The position numbers and the translations under genes were made by a program. Of a DNA stretch of 14,652 bases, positions 6,655-14,525 are shown piece after piece. The stretch covers positions 1-14,652 of the forward strand of contig JANOAV010000152.1 in NCBI GenBank assembly GCA_031411295.1. Direction: 5' to 3'. The notes under the pieces were generated by a model. It did no database searches and had not been told where the DNA came from. It worked only from the letters and a program-made list of their open reading frames with translations. Position 1 is the first letter of the stretch. Every line of letters starts with the position of its first letter. Source of the stretch: Verrucomicrobiales bacterium (GTDB taxonomy: Bacteria > Verrucomicrobiota > Verrucomicrobiia > Verrucomicrobiales > V1-33).

Positions 6655-8388
6655 TTACGGTTTCAGCGCTTGGAAGCGCCACGTGCTCTTCCAGTCCTTG
6701 CTTAGCGGTTCCTTGCTCAACGCCGCGCGCAAGACTTCAATGGGCATTGGTCCCTGCGTGAGGACGGCATCATGGAAGGCTTTTTCAGTAAGTTTATCCG
6801 GGCCGATCATTTCCTCCCGCAGCGCCCGCAATTGCATGCCACCAAGCATGTAACCAGCCTGATAGAGCGGACCGTAGTTGCCGTTGATGTAGCGTCGCAC
6901 TTCGCTCGTGGCCCCCATTTTCTCATGACCCACGCGTTGCACCAGATAGTCCACCATTTCCGCAGGCGTCATTTTTCCCAGATGAAACTTCAGGGACACG
7001 ATGATCCGAGCGCAGCGGTGCATGCGCCAGAACAGCATCCCAGCTTTGTCTTCCACCGATGCCGCATAGCCCTTGTCCCAGAGCTGCATTTCCCAATACA
7101 GCGCCCATCCTTCGACGTAGAACGGCGTGGAGAAGAGGCTGCGCCAGGGATGGTTGCGATCCGCCATGAAGCGTTGCAAATGATGCCCGGGAATGAGTTC
7201 GTGCGGGGTCACGATGCGGGTGAAGTGTCTGTTATTACCCCGCATCGACATCATTTTATCCTCATGGGACATGGCATCCGTGGCATAGGCGATGCTGATG
7301 GCAGGCGAACTGTAAACCGCATAGGGCATGGTCTTTTGCTGATCCGGCGGGATCATTTGCATGCGCCAGGTTTCTTCACAGAGCGGTGGGATGGTCACGA
7401 GATCGTGTTGCTTGAGAAATTGAATCGCACGTTCGGCCTCGGCCTGGACCAAGCTGGCTTGCGCGCCAGGCGGCACATGGGCGGCCTTTATTTTTTGCAA
7501 TACTCCAATGATGTCGGTTCCGAGTTGATTGGCGATGTCGCGCATTTGGGTTTCGCACCAAGTGAACTCCTCTTCGCCAATGGCGATCAATTCCTCTGCG
7601 GTGTAGGGTAACAGTTCCCCGCTGATGTTGGCGGCCAGGGCTTCGGCCCCGATGGGATCACCCACTAGCGGATCTTCTGGCTTGCCCTTTTGATCTGCGA
7701 TTTCTTCCCGGAGGAATTTCGTGTGCGCTTCGAGTGCCTCCATCAATTTCCCCTGTGGTTGCCGCACCCACCAGCCAAATGCGGGCTGGAAGCTGTCGTG
7801 AAATTTGAACCATTCCGCCAGGGAATCGCGAATGGCATTGGTGGCGGAAGCGGCCCGCAGCGCCAGCACCGGAGTGATTTTCGGAAGTTTGTCCGTCACG
7901 TTAGGACCAGACTTCTTGGCGTCGGCGGATTTCTGATCGGAGAGTTGTTTTTTCAAGTCCTCCAGCGGTTTCAGTAAGCCTGCCAATTGTTCGGCGGCTT
8001 GCGGTGGATTGGCGGCGCGCCGCTCCAATTGATCAGCCACCAGCTTCTGGATAACGCTGCGAAACGGCAGCAGATCCTTCATTTCTGCCAACTGTGCGCG
8101 CTGCTGACGCAGGGCTTCCAGTTCTTTGCTCAGATGATTTCTGAGTAACAACCAATCCACTTGATCGTCCCGTTCCAACTGGGGCAAGGTGACGGTCTCT
8201 AAGCGCTGCTGCCAGCTTTCCACATGGTGCTGGAGCCGATCTTGCTGCAATTCGGACCACGGTAGATTCCAAGCCGCTTCCAAGCTGCGCTCATCGGCAC
8301 GGTATTCGCTGATGAGGCGTGGGAGTTCCGTTGCGCCTAAAGCAAGGCCTTGGAGCAGCAGGGTGGACGTGATGAGGGAGCGAAGCAT
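6655..8388 (-). CDS. DUF885-family secreted protein (putative zincin-like metallopeptidase fold)
   Basis: HELIPGHHLQ, FYVEGWALYWE, WRMHRCARIIV, EVRRY..PLYQAGYMLG and FHDAVL..GPMP motifs. Signal peptide MLRSLITSTLLLQGLALG from ATG 8388. Confidence 0.88.
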   Translation of the reverse strand: MLRSLITSTLLLQGLALGATELPRLISEYRADERSLEAAWNLPWSELQQDRLQHHVESWQQRLETVTLPQLERDDQVDWLLLRNHLSKELEALRQQRAQLAEMKDLLPFRSVIQKLVADQLERRAANPPQAAEQLAGLLKPLEDLKKQLSDQKSADAKKSGPNVTDKLPKITPVLALRAASATNAIRDSLAEWFKFHDSFQPAFGWWVRQPQGKLMEALEAHTKFLREEIADQKGKPEDPLVGDPIGAEALAANISGELLPYTAEELIAIGEEEFTWCETQMRDIANQLGTDIIGVLQKIKAAHVPPGAQASLVQAEAERAIQFLKQHDLVTIPPLCEETWRMQMIPPDQQKTMPYAVYSSPAISIAYATDAMSHEDKMMSMRGNNRHFTRIVTPHELIPGHHLQRFMADRNHPWRSLFSTPFYVEGWALYWEMQLWDKGYAASVEDKAGMLFWRMHRCARIIVSLKFHLGKMTPAEMVDYLVQRVGHEKMGATSEVRRYINGNYGPLYQAGYMLGGMQLRALREEMIGPDKLTEKAFHDAVLTQGPMPIEVLRAALSKEPLSKDWKSTWRFQALKP

Positions 8389-8395
8389 TGTCCTG

Positions 8396-8423
8396 ATGAT
8401 ATCGCCCGGCAGGTGCAAGGCAA
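8396..8423 (-). promoter_or_regulatory. Putative sigma70 promoter for the DUF885/ABC cluster
   Basis: Minus strand TTGCCT(8423-8418)-N16-TATCAT(8401-8396)-N7-ATG(8388). Confidence 0.45.
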
Positions 8424-8476
8424 CCGTTTCCAAAAGGGGATGCTCTCGCACCCAAGTGGAATCGAACCACAGAAAC

Positions 8477-8848
8477 TTAGCGGACCGTGGAATCGAACCA
8501 TGCGGTGGCTCGTTGATCTGCAGTAGCGCTGGTGGAGGGTTGCCTACTCGAGGCCGTCCCATTGGAACCATTGCGAATGGCGGCGGCCAACTGTGCTGCG
8601 GCTGAGAGGCGTTCGGTTGGAGCTTCGGCGGCAATTTGCACCTCTGGAGCAGTGGCATTGGCGGCGGTGTAGGACTGCAACTCATTCCAAGCGTCCCAGA
8701 GCATGACTGCGCTACCGATGCAAGTCAGCGTTGCGATGGTTAGGAAGAGGGAAGCGAACGCCAAGCTGGGTTTGACCGGACGCGATATTTTTCCCGTATT
8801 CGCGGGTTTTCTGTTACCTTGGGTATTGGATTGTTTTGGCTGTTTCAT
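8477..8848 (-). CDS. Hypothetical single-pass membrane protein, 123 aa
   Basis: ATG start after an AT-rich intergenic region, basic N-terminus, one hydrophobic segment (LAFASLFLTIATLTCIGSAVMLW) and an Ala/Ser/Thr-rich C-terminus. Confidence 0.6.
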   Translation of the reverse strand: MKQPKQSNTQGNRKPANTGKISRPVKPSLAFASLFLTIATLTCIGSAVMLWDAWNELQSYTAANATAPEVQIAAEAPTERLSAAAQLAAAIRNGSNGTASSRQPSTSATADQRATAWFDSTVR

Positions 8849-9181
8849 GATAGAGTATTATTTGTGATACGAATGACAATAGATAAGCGCAACAATAGTA
8901 AAATCAAGAAAAAATGGTAAAAAGGCTTAAAAACCATAAAAATAATACCAGGAATCGCAAAAATGCGACGAAAATGACGGAATTTTGGTTACATCCGATT
9001 GGTTATTACCGTAAGCGTTATGAAAAAAGTATCAAAACTCCTCAATCGCGCCGAAAATGCTTGGCCGCTGATTATGAAAGCCAATGCAAATTGCTAATGG
9101 TCTGCGCGCAAAACCCGGCTTTTGAGGGAATGGCTACTCAATCGAACACCTTGAAAATCAACAACCTCCTGAGATTTATGC

Positions 9182-9209
9182 TTGTAATTTCGAGTCAGTA
9201 AGCTAGGCT
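9182..9209 (+). promoter_or_regulatory. Putative sigma70 promoter for the AP2-like gene
   Basis: TTGTAA(9182-9187)-N16-TAGGCT(9204-9209) in an AT-rich intergenic region ~95 nt upstream of ATG 9305. Confidence 0.35.
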
Positions 9210-9304
9210 GAAACCTAACGAGATCAAGGGGGCTTGGAAGGCAGTCCGAAGAGCCGATCCTTGGTGGTCGTTGTTATTACTAATAAACCCCAACAGAAAA
9301 CACT

Positions 9305-9553
9305 ATGATCGCGCCCAGACCCATGTATGGAATCAGCCGGATCGATCAGGTGGAGAAGAAAAACCACGGATGGTATGTCCGGGTTACCTTCAAAGGCACC
9401 ATTACCCAGAAGTTTTTCGCCGACAAGACACACGGCGGAAAAACGAAGGCCTTGAAGTTAGCTCAGGAGCACCGCAATACCTTGGTTGAACAGCTTCCAC
9501 CTGCTCGTCAAGCTGCGGCCGCTAAAAAGCGTGCCGTCAAGAAGAAGGCCTAA
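9305..9553 (+). CDS. Small basic AP2-like DNA-binding domain protein with Lys/Ala-rich tail (start may be ATG 9323)
   Basis: GISR...HGWYVRV....TQKFF..K.HGG...AL..A..HRN fits the three-beta-strand plus helix AP2 pattern. The protein ends AAAAKKRAVKKKA and is preceded by an A-rich translation initiation region. Confidence 0.75.
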   Translation: MIAPRPMYGISRIDQVEKKNHGWYVRVTFKGTITQKFFADKTHGGKTKALKLAQEHRNTLVEQLPPARQAAAAKKRAVKKKA

Positions 9554-9633
9554 ATTTTAATCCCTTGGGGTATTTTGCATTCCCCTAGGTTTTACAATAT
9601 TGGCACTTCGTCTTTCCAAAGACCAAGAAATCG

Positions 9634-9692
9634 AAGGAGCCGGAGATTTCCCAGCTAGGCAGCAGCAGCGGGGGAACTCCGGCTCCTTTTTT
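9634..9692 (+). terminator. Rho-independent terminator-like long hairpin
   Basis: AAGGAGCCGGAG (9634-9645) pairs perfectly with CTCCGGCTCCTT (9677-9688), with an inner TTCCC/GGGAA helix and a T-tract at 9687-9692. Confidence 0.8.
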
Positions 9693-9911
9693 GTTTTCAT
9701 CGATCGAGTCGCCTGAATCAGGGGATGATTTCTTGCGGCCGGTGAAATTTTACGCTAACTGGGAGCGTAAGATCTGGGACCGTGCGAGTGCAAACCGTCG
9801 GCCCGCAAAAAGCCGCCAGTTGGGCTCAAATAAAATGAGCGCACTGTCCCAATCTAGGTTTATTGTGCCCATCTCACCTTTTCCCTCTCGTCATCGTTCT
9901 TCATTTACCGC

Positions 9912-10607
9912 ATGTCCAATCCTGCTGCCACCTCTCAGCCAGCCTCAAATGCCCTCTGGGCGGAAAATTTGCACGTCACTTATCACGTTGGAAGCACCGA
10001 CGTGCCGGTCCTGCGGGGCGTGAACCTGTCGGTTTCTCCAGGCGAGAAGGTCTTTCTCTGCGGTCCCTCCGGGGCGGGGAAGACCACCTTGCTTTACACG
10101 CTGGGCGGTCTGGAGGAACCGAACCAAGGTAAGGTCCTGGCCGGCGGAGCTTCCCTCTACGAACTCTCCAGCGGAGCCCGGGCCAACGTGCGCAATCAAC
10201 AGATGGGCTACATTTTCCAAAATTACCTCCTCCTGCCTGAGTTGACGGCTTTGGAAAATGTCGTGTTGCCAGCCCTGATTGGAGGTCGCAGAGCCAAACA
10301 ACGGGGCGAGGAACTCCTGGCCAAGGTTGGCTTGAGCAAACGTCTGGATCACCTGCCGGCCCAGCTGAGCGGCGGTGAGCAACAGCGTGTTGCCATTGCC
10401 CGGGCCCTGATTAATGATCCCGCCTTTATCTTTGCGGATGAGCCCACGGGCAATCTGGATTCTCATACTGGAATGGAAGTGATGAATTTGCTGCTCTCAG
10501 CGGTTGCAGAATCTGGAAAAACCCTCATGGTCGTCACCCACGATGCCAGCTTGGCGAGGCTGGGAGACCGCACACTGACAATGCGGGATGGACTTATGGA
10601 AAGTTGA
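9912..10607 (+). CDS. ABC transporter ATP-binding protein, LolD-like
   Basis: [51 protein letters not shown] and VVTHD. Confidence 0.92.
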   Translation: MSNPAATSQPASNALWAENLHVTYHVGSTDVPVLRGVNLSVSPGEKVFLCGPSGAGKTTLLYTLGGLEEPNQGKVLAGGASLYELSSGARANVRNQQMGYIFQNYLLLPELTALENVVLPALIGGRRAKQRGEELLAKVGLSKRLDHLPAQLSGGEQQRVAIARALINDPAFIFADEPTGNLDSHTGMEVMNLLLSAVAESGKTLMVVTHDASLARLGDRTLTMRDGLMES

Positions 10608-10654
10608 TCAACTCCCGCCTCGAAGCTTGATGGCTGTTCCCTCCTTTTCCCCTC

Positions 10655-11521
10655 ATGAAAATTTACCTAGATGGCCAGATCGTCGATGAAGCTGACGCAA
10701 AGATTTCCGTGTTCGATCATGGCTTGCTCTACGGGGACGGGGTCTTCGAGGGCATTCGTTTCTATAACCGCCGCGTGTTCCGCTTGGAGCAGCACATCGA
10801 CCGGCTCTACGATTCCGCCAAGTCGATCCTGCTGAATATCCCCATCTCCAAGGCCGAAATGATTCAGGCCACCGTGGATACTTGTGCTGCCAATGGTCTG
10901 GAAAACGGTTACATCCGACTCGTGGTGACGCGTGGCACGGGCCCGATGGGCTTGTCGCCCTATAAATGTCCCAAGGCCACGGTCTTCATCATTGCCGCCA
11001 GCATCTCGCTCTATCCGGACAGTGCCTATGAGACCGGCCTCACCATGGCCACGGTGGCCACGCGTCGTCCGCGGCATGATATCCTTTCCCCCATGGTGAA
11101 AAGCCTCAATTATCTCAACAACGTCATGGCCAAGGTGGAAGCAATCCAAGCCGGAGCCGAAGAAGGCCTCATGCTCAATGATCAGGGATTGGTGGCCGAA
11201 TGCACGGGCGACAACATTTTCGTCATCAAGCGCGGAGTCGTGACCACGCCTCCGCTGAGTGCAGGCGCTCTCGACGGGATTACGCGTGGCGTGGTCTTCG
11301 AAGTCTGCGCGGATTTGAACATTCCCGTTCGCGAGCAAGACATGTCCCGCCATGAAGTCTTCACGGCCGACGAATGTTTCCTCACGGGCACGGCTGCTGA
11401 AGTGATTGCTGCCGTGAAATGTGACCAACGCATCATCGGAGACGGCAAGCCGGGTCCGATTACGCAGCAAGTCATCGCGAAGTTCCGTGAACTAGCCAAC
11501 ACCACCGGCACGCCCTTTTAG
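10655..11521 (+). CDS. ilvE: Branched-chain amino acid aminotransferase (class IV PLP enzyme)
   Basis: DHGLLYGDGVFEGIR, YIRLVVTRG, KSLNYLNN (PLP lysine), ECTGDNIF, LDGITR and ADECFLTGTAAEVI. Confidence 0.95.
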   Translation: MKIYLDGQIVDEADAKISVFDHGLLYGDGVFEGIRFYNRRVFRLEQHIDRLYDSAKSILLNIPISKAEMIQATVDTCAANGLENGYIRLVVTRGTGPMGLSPYKCPKATVFIIAASISLYPDSAYETGLTMATVATRRPRHDILSPMVKSLNYLNNVMAKVEAIQAGAEEGLMLNDQGLVAECTGDNIFVIKRGVVTTPPLSAGALDGITRGVVFEVCADLNIPVREQDMSRHEVFTADECFLTGTAAEVIAAVKCDQRIIGDGKPGPITQQVIAKFRELANTTGTPF

Positions 11522-11528
11522 ATGCTGA

Positions 11529-12164
11529 CTAACGCGGCTGCGGCACCCGATCGGGCGGACATTCCAGCTTGCTGATGGCTTCCATGATGCGCTGGCTGGC
11601 CGCCAAGTAGGAATCTTTGCCGTTGGCAAAGTCTTCGGCCGTAAACACCATCAACTCACCGACCACGACCGTAATCGGGCGAAATTTCACCTTGCTGGAG
11701 CCAATGGGCAGCGCCTCATAGCCGCCAAAAATGCGCAGTGGCAGCACCGGGCACAATGTTTTCCCCACGATAAACCCCGCCCCGGCCTCGCCCTTTTGCA
11801 GGGCTCCATCCTCGCTGCGCGCACCTTCTGGAAAGACCAGCACGCGCTTGTTATCCTTAAGCAGACGAATCACCGTCTTCAACGGACCCACTTCTGCTTT
11901 CTCCTGGTCCACTGGCACCACGTTCAGGCGGGGGAACATCCATCGAGCCACGGGATTGGAATACAGGGTCTTGCGGGCCAGAAAACAGATGTCTTGGGGG
12001 AACGTAATTCCGATGATCGGCGGGTCGAAGAAACTCACATGATTGGAAGCAATCAGCAGCGGCCCAGTTACCGGCAACCGCTCTGGATTGATCACTTTGA
12101 AGCGGAAACAGATTTTAGCCAAGAGCTTGGTGGCTAGCACCGAGAAACGATAAGTGAGGGTCAT
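11529..12164 (-). CDS. plsC: 1-acyl-sn-glycerol-3-phosphate acyltransferase
   Basis: NHVSFFD (HX4D) catalytic motif, FLARKTL and VFPEGARS. Lies 3 nt downstream of cmk, a common gene pairing. Confidence 0.9.
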   Translation of the reverse strand: MTLTYRFSVLATKLLAKICFRFKVINPERLPVTGPLLIASNHVSFFDPPIIGITFPQDICFLARKTLYSNPVARWMFPRLNVVPVDQEKAEVGPLKTVIRLLKDNKRVLVFPEGARSEDGALQKGEAGAGFIVGKTLCPVLPLRIFGGYEALPIGSSKVKFRPITVVVGELMVFTAEDFANGKDSYLAASQRIMEAISKLECPPDRVPQPR

Positions 12165-12167
12165 GAG

Positions 12168-12815
12168 TTAGTGAGGGAGCGGAAGGCCTTGGGTGCGCAG
12201 GTGAGGTTCGATGGCCGCCACCACTTGTGCCAGCGTCATGTCAGAACTATCGATGACGACTGCATCCTCCGCCACTTTCAGCGGGGCGGTCTTGCGGGTG
12301 GAGTCCAAGGCATCGCGCTGGGCGATGGAATCCGTCTCCCCTTGGTCATTGCGGCGTTTGGCGCGGACCTCTTCGGAGGCATCGACGTAAAATTTGTGCG
12401 GGGTGTCGGGAAAGACCACGCTGCCAATATCCCGTCCTTCCATGACGACGTTTCCCAGCCGGGCGTAGCTGCGGAGTTTATCCACCAGGATTTTCCGCAC
12501 TTCCGGCACCGCGGAGATGGCGCTGACGGCAGCGTTGATCCGGGGTTCGCGAAGGTGGGGCCCTGCGTCCCGGCCATCGATGGCGATGGTGCTCTGGCCG
12601 TCGGCCTCCCCTGCGGAAATCTGCAACTGGGCCACCCAGGCCGCCACCGCCGGACCATCCAAAGTATCGAGGCCCGCCTCAAGGGCCGCCCAAGTGACTG
12701 CGCGATACATCGCTCCACTGTTGACAAAAATAGCTCCCAGTTTCTCCGCAAGGACGCGGGAAACACTACTCTTACCGGACGCGGCCGGTCCATCAATGGC
12801 GATCACAAATGACAT
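12168..12815 (-). CDS. cmk: Cytidylate kinase
   Basis: IAIDGPAASGKSS P-loop, SGAMYRA, VMEGRDIGSVVFP, ASEEVRAKRR and RDALDSTRKTAPL. Confidence 0.95.
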   Translation of the reverse strand: MSFVIAIDGPAASGKSSVSRVLAEKLGAIFVNSGAMYRAVTWAALEAGLDTLDGPAVAAWVAQLQISAGEADGQSTIAIDGRDAGPHLREPRINAAVSAISAVPEVRKILVDKLRSYARLGNVVMEGRDIGSVVFPDTPHKFYVDASEEVRAKRRNDQGETDSIAQRDALDSTRKTAPLKVAEDAVVIDSSDMTLAQVVAAIEPHLRTQGLPLPH

Positions 12816-12884
12816 ACCGCAACCCCTAGACGGTTGGGCGGGGGACGCAAGAGGTTGCTGAAAATTTGACGATTTACTGCCAAA

Positions 12885-13556
12885 TCACCTTCCGGCCCGG
12901 GCACAGCGGATGGAGAAATAAACCTGCTGGCGGGGTCGATCGGTTTTCAGGCAATAGCTCCAATACCCTGCTTCTTTGACCAATCCCGTGAAGACCACTG
13001 GTTCCTCCCAGGCTCGCGAATTCGGCCAGCCAGCGAAGGGGGGAGCCGCGAAGAGGTCGCTCTCCGGAACCGTGGCTGGTTCCAACTTCAGATCGCTAAT
13101 AAATGCGGCCGTTTCTGCGGGGTCACATTTGAAATAGTAAGTCAGGGCATAATCTTCCAGCGAGCTGCCGGTAAAATGCGTCTGCATTTCCCGGGCGGAA
13201 GCCGGCAGCGCCCGCTGGGTAAAGTGTTGTTGCCGATTCGAGGCCGTGGGCCAGTCGAATACCGGGAGCAACAGCATGTAGGTGAAGGGCGTCAGCATCG
13301 CCCAAGTGCGATATTTCTGCTGCCTTAGGAGCCGCAGCACCAGACACAGAATTAAGCCGAGCGGAAACAAGAAGATACTCCCGAACAGCAGAATGGACGG
13401 TAAATGGGCCAACTCGCTTCTCATCCCCTCCCAAGGGTCCGTGCTCCACGTAGCGCTGTGCAGCAACGCCCCCGCTACTAGCAATCCAACGGCAATAAGC
13501 ACCACGACCCACCAAGGCGTGAGGCGGGCTGGGGGCGGGGTAGGGGAGTCGTCCAT
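12885..13556 (-). CDS. Hypothetical membrane protein (about 3 N-terminal TM segments and a soluble C-terminal domain)
   Basis: 223-aa ORF with ATG start and three hydrophobic stretches. It fills the space between cmk and the divergent gene. Confidence 0.65.
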   Translation of the reverse strand: MDDSPTPPPARLTPWWVVVLIAVGLLVAGALLHSATWSTDPWEGMRSELAHLPSILLFGSIFLFPLGLILCLVLRLLRQQKYRTWAMLTPFTYMLLLPVFDWPTASNRQQHFTQRALPASAREMQTHFTGSSLEDYALTYYFKCDPAETAAFISDLKLEPATVPESDLFAAPPFAGWPNSRAWEEPVVFTGLVKEAGYWSYCLKTDRPRQQVYFSIRCARAGR

Positions 13557-13608
13557 GCGAGTTTATTTGAGGATGTTGAGATTACGTCTGTTCCCGTCTC
13601 TGGCAATT

Positions 13609-13645
13609 AGTTCCGCTCCGGGGGGCGGCCTGAAAGCCGAACTCC
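13609..13645. repeat. Degenerate GGAG-type REP-like palindrome
   Basis: Reverse complement of 13626-13645 is GGAGTTCGGCTTTCAGGCCG, similar to GGAGTCCCGGCCTTTAGGCGG at 14448-14468. A truncated left partner AGTTCCGC lies at 13609-13616. Intergenic. Confidence 0.5.
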
Positions 13646-13747
13646 AGTGAATGTTCCTGCGCAGTGCGGCAAGGAGTTCGTTTCCGGGTTGAAATTTGCC
13701 ACACATGGCGTCTGTTCAGGGGCGCTCTACCAATCGCCCCTGCACCT

Positions 13748-14185
13748 ATGTTTATTGTTGATGAATCTGCCCTGAATTTTGAAATCCCCGCTCGTGACTC
13801 GCTGGGTCGGGAGGCTGTGATTGGGAAACTCAGTGGCACCCAGGAGGAAGTGCTATTTACTTGGCGCTTGAAGGACCGCACGTTTCGCAAGGCGGAGGGG
13901 GATATGAAGACGGTGCGCATTCCGTATCGCCAAGTGGAAAGCGTGACCTTCAAAGCCACGTTCGGCTTCATCAACCCCCGGCTGATCCTGCTCGTGGCAG
14001 ACCCCCATTTGATCGAGGAGGTGCCCGGAACGGATATTGGTAAAGCCACGTTGATGCTGGAGAAGCGCAGCAAGGCCGCCGCCAAGAAATTTCTCAAGCT
14101 GGTGGACTTCAAAAAATCCGAAGCGGAAGCCAATCAAGCCCGATCCCGCCTGCTCGACATCCCAGAGCCAGGGAAGCTTGACTAG
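13748..14185 (+). CDS. Hypothetical soluble protein, 145 aa
   Basis: ATG 13748 (MFIVDES...), host-like codon usage, beta-rich N-terminal part with a C-terminal helix. The stop is followed directly by a palindrome. Confidence 0.7.
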   Translation: MFIVDESALNFEIPARDSLGREAVIGKLSGTQEEVLFTWRLKDRTFRKAEGDMKTVRIPYRQVESVTFKATFGFINPRLILLVADPHLIEEVPGTDIGKATLMLEKRSKAAAKKFLKLVDFKKSEAEANQARSRLLDIPEPGKLD

Positions 14186-14187
14186 CA

Positions 14188-14267
14188 AAAGAACGTGGGT
14201 GCGGCTGTCTCAGCCGCACCATCCGCGTGGACAGCGTTGGGCTGAGACACCCCAACCCACGTTCTTT
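14188..14267. repeat. Inverted doublet of GTGG-type REP-like hairpins (REPIN-like); may also act as a bidirectional terminator
   Basis: Outer 13-bp perfect inverted repeat AAAGAACGTGGGT (14188-14200) / ACCCACGTTCTTT (14255-14267). Each arm is GTGG plus a 9-bp stem with a TCT loop. Confidence 0.8.
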
Positions 14268-14447
14268 AACATCTACCTCTCCAGCGCGTTCAGCAAGAAC
14301 GTGTGCTGCTCAGCACTTAAGGCTGATTGCGGAAGCGATGCCAGAACAGTCTCATGATTGGTATGAGCAATATTTTCCGCCACCGCCACCGCCACCAATT
14401 GCTCCGCGGTCAGACGATGCAGGGCGTTGTGATGGGGAACATTCGTT

Positions 14448-14525
14448 GGAGTCCCGGCCTTTAGGCGGAGCAACATGAGGAGCCGCGGCACGCTCCAACC
14501 GCTACAGGGTCCTCCGCTTAAAAGC
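14448..14525. repeat. Inverted doublet of GGAG-type REP-like hairpins, right unit truncated by IS
   Basis: GGAGTCCCGGCCTTTAGGCGGAG (14448-14470) and inverted partner CTCCGCTTAAAAGC (14512-14525), which stops where CAATGCC begins. Confidence 0.65.

Noticed and set aside
5908..8685. Longer ORF-track starts (5940, 6682, 8685) for the permease, ATPase and DUF885 genes
   Set aside because: The extensions overlap neighbouring genes and precede the natural domain or signal-peptide starts at 5907, 6589 and 8388.
8914..9201. 95-aa + strand ORF in the AT-rich intergenic region
   Set aside because: Lys/Asn-rich composition simply reflects A-tracts, codon usage is unlike host genes, and it overlaps the candidate promoter.
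9691..10132. ORFs 9691-10023 and 9863-10132
   Set aside because: Out-of-frame overlaps with the LolD-like gene and no recognisable motifs.
10667..12812. Near full-length antisense ORFs over ilvE (10667-11470) and cmk (12171-12812)
   Set aside because: Typical antisense open frames of high-GC coding sequence; the sense proteins carry all family motifs.
13582..14188. Minus ORFs 13582-14133 and 13853-14188
   Set aside because: Antisense to the better-supported + gene at 13748-14185; the first also runs through a REP-like repeat.
14188..14525. Palindromes considered as a CRISPR array or tRNA
   Set aside because: Units are inverted pairs of two different families rather than regularly spaced direct repeats, and there is no cloverleaf or T-loop consensus.
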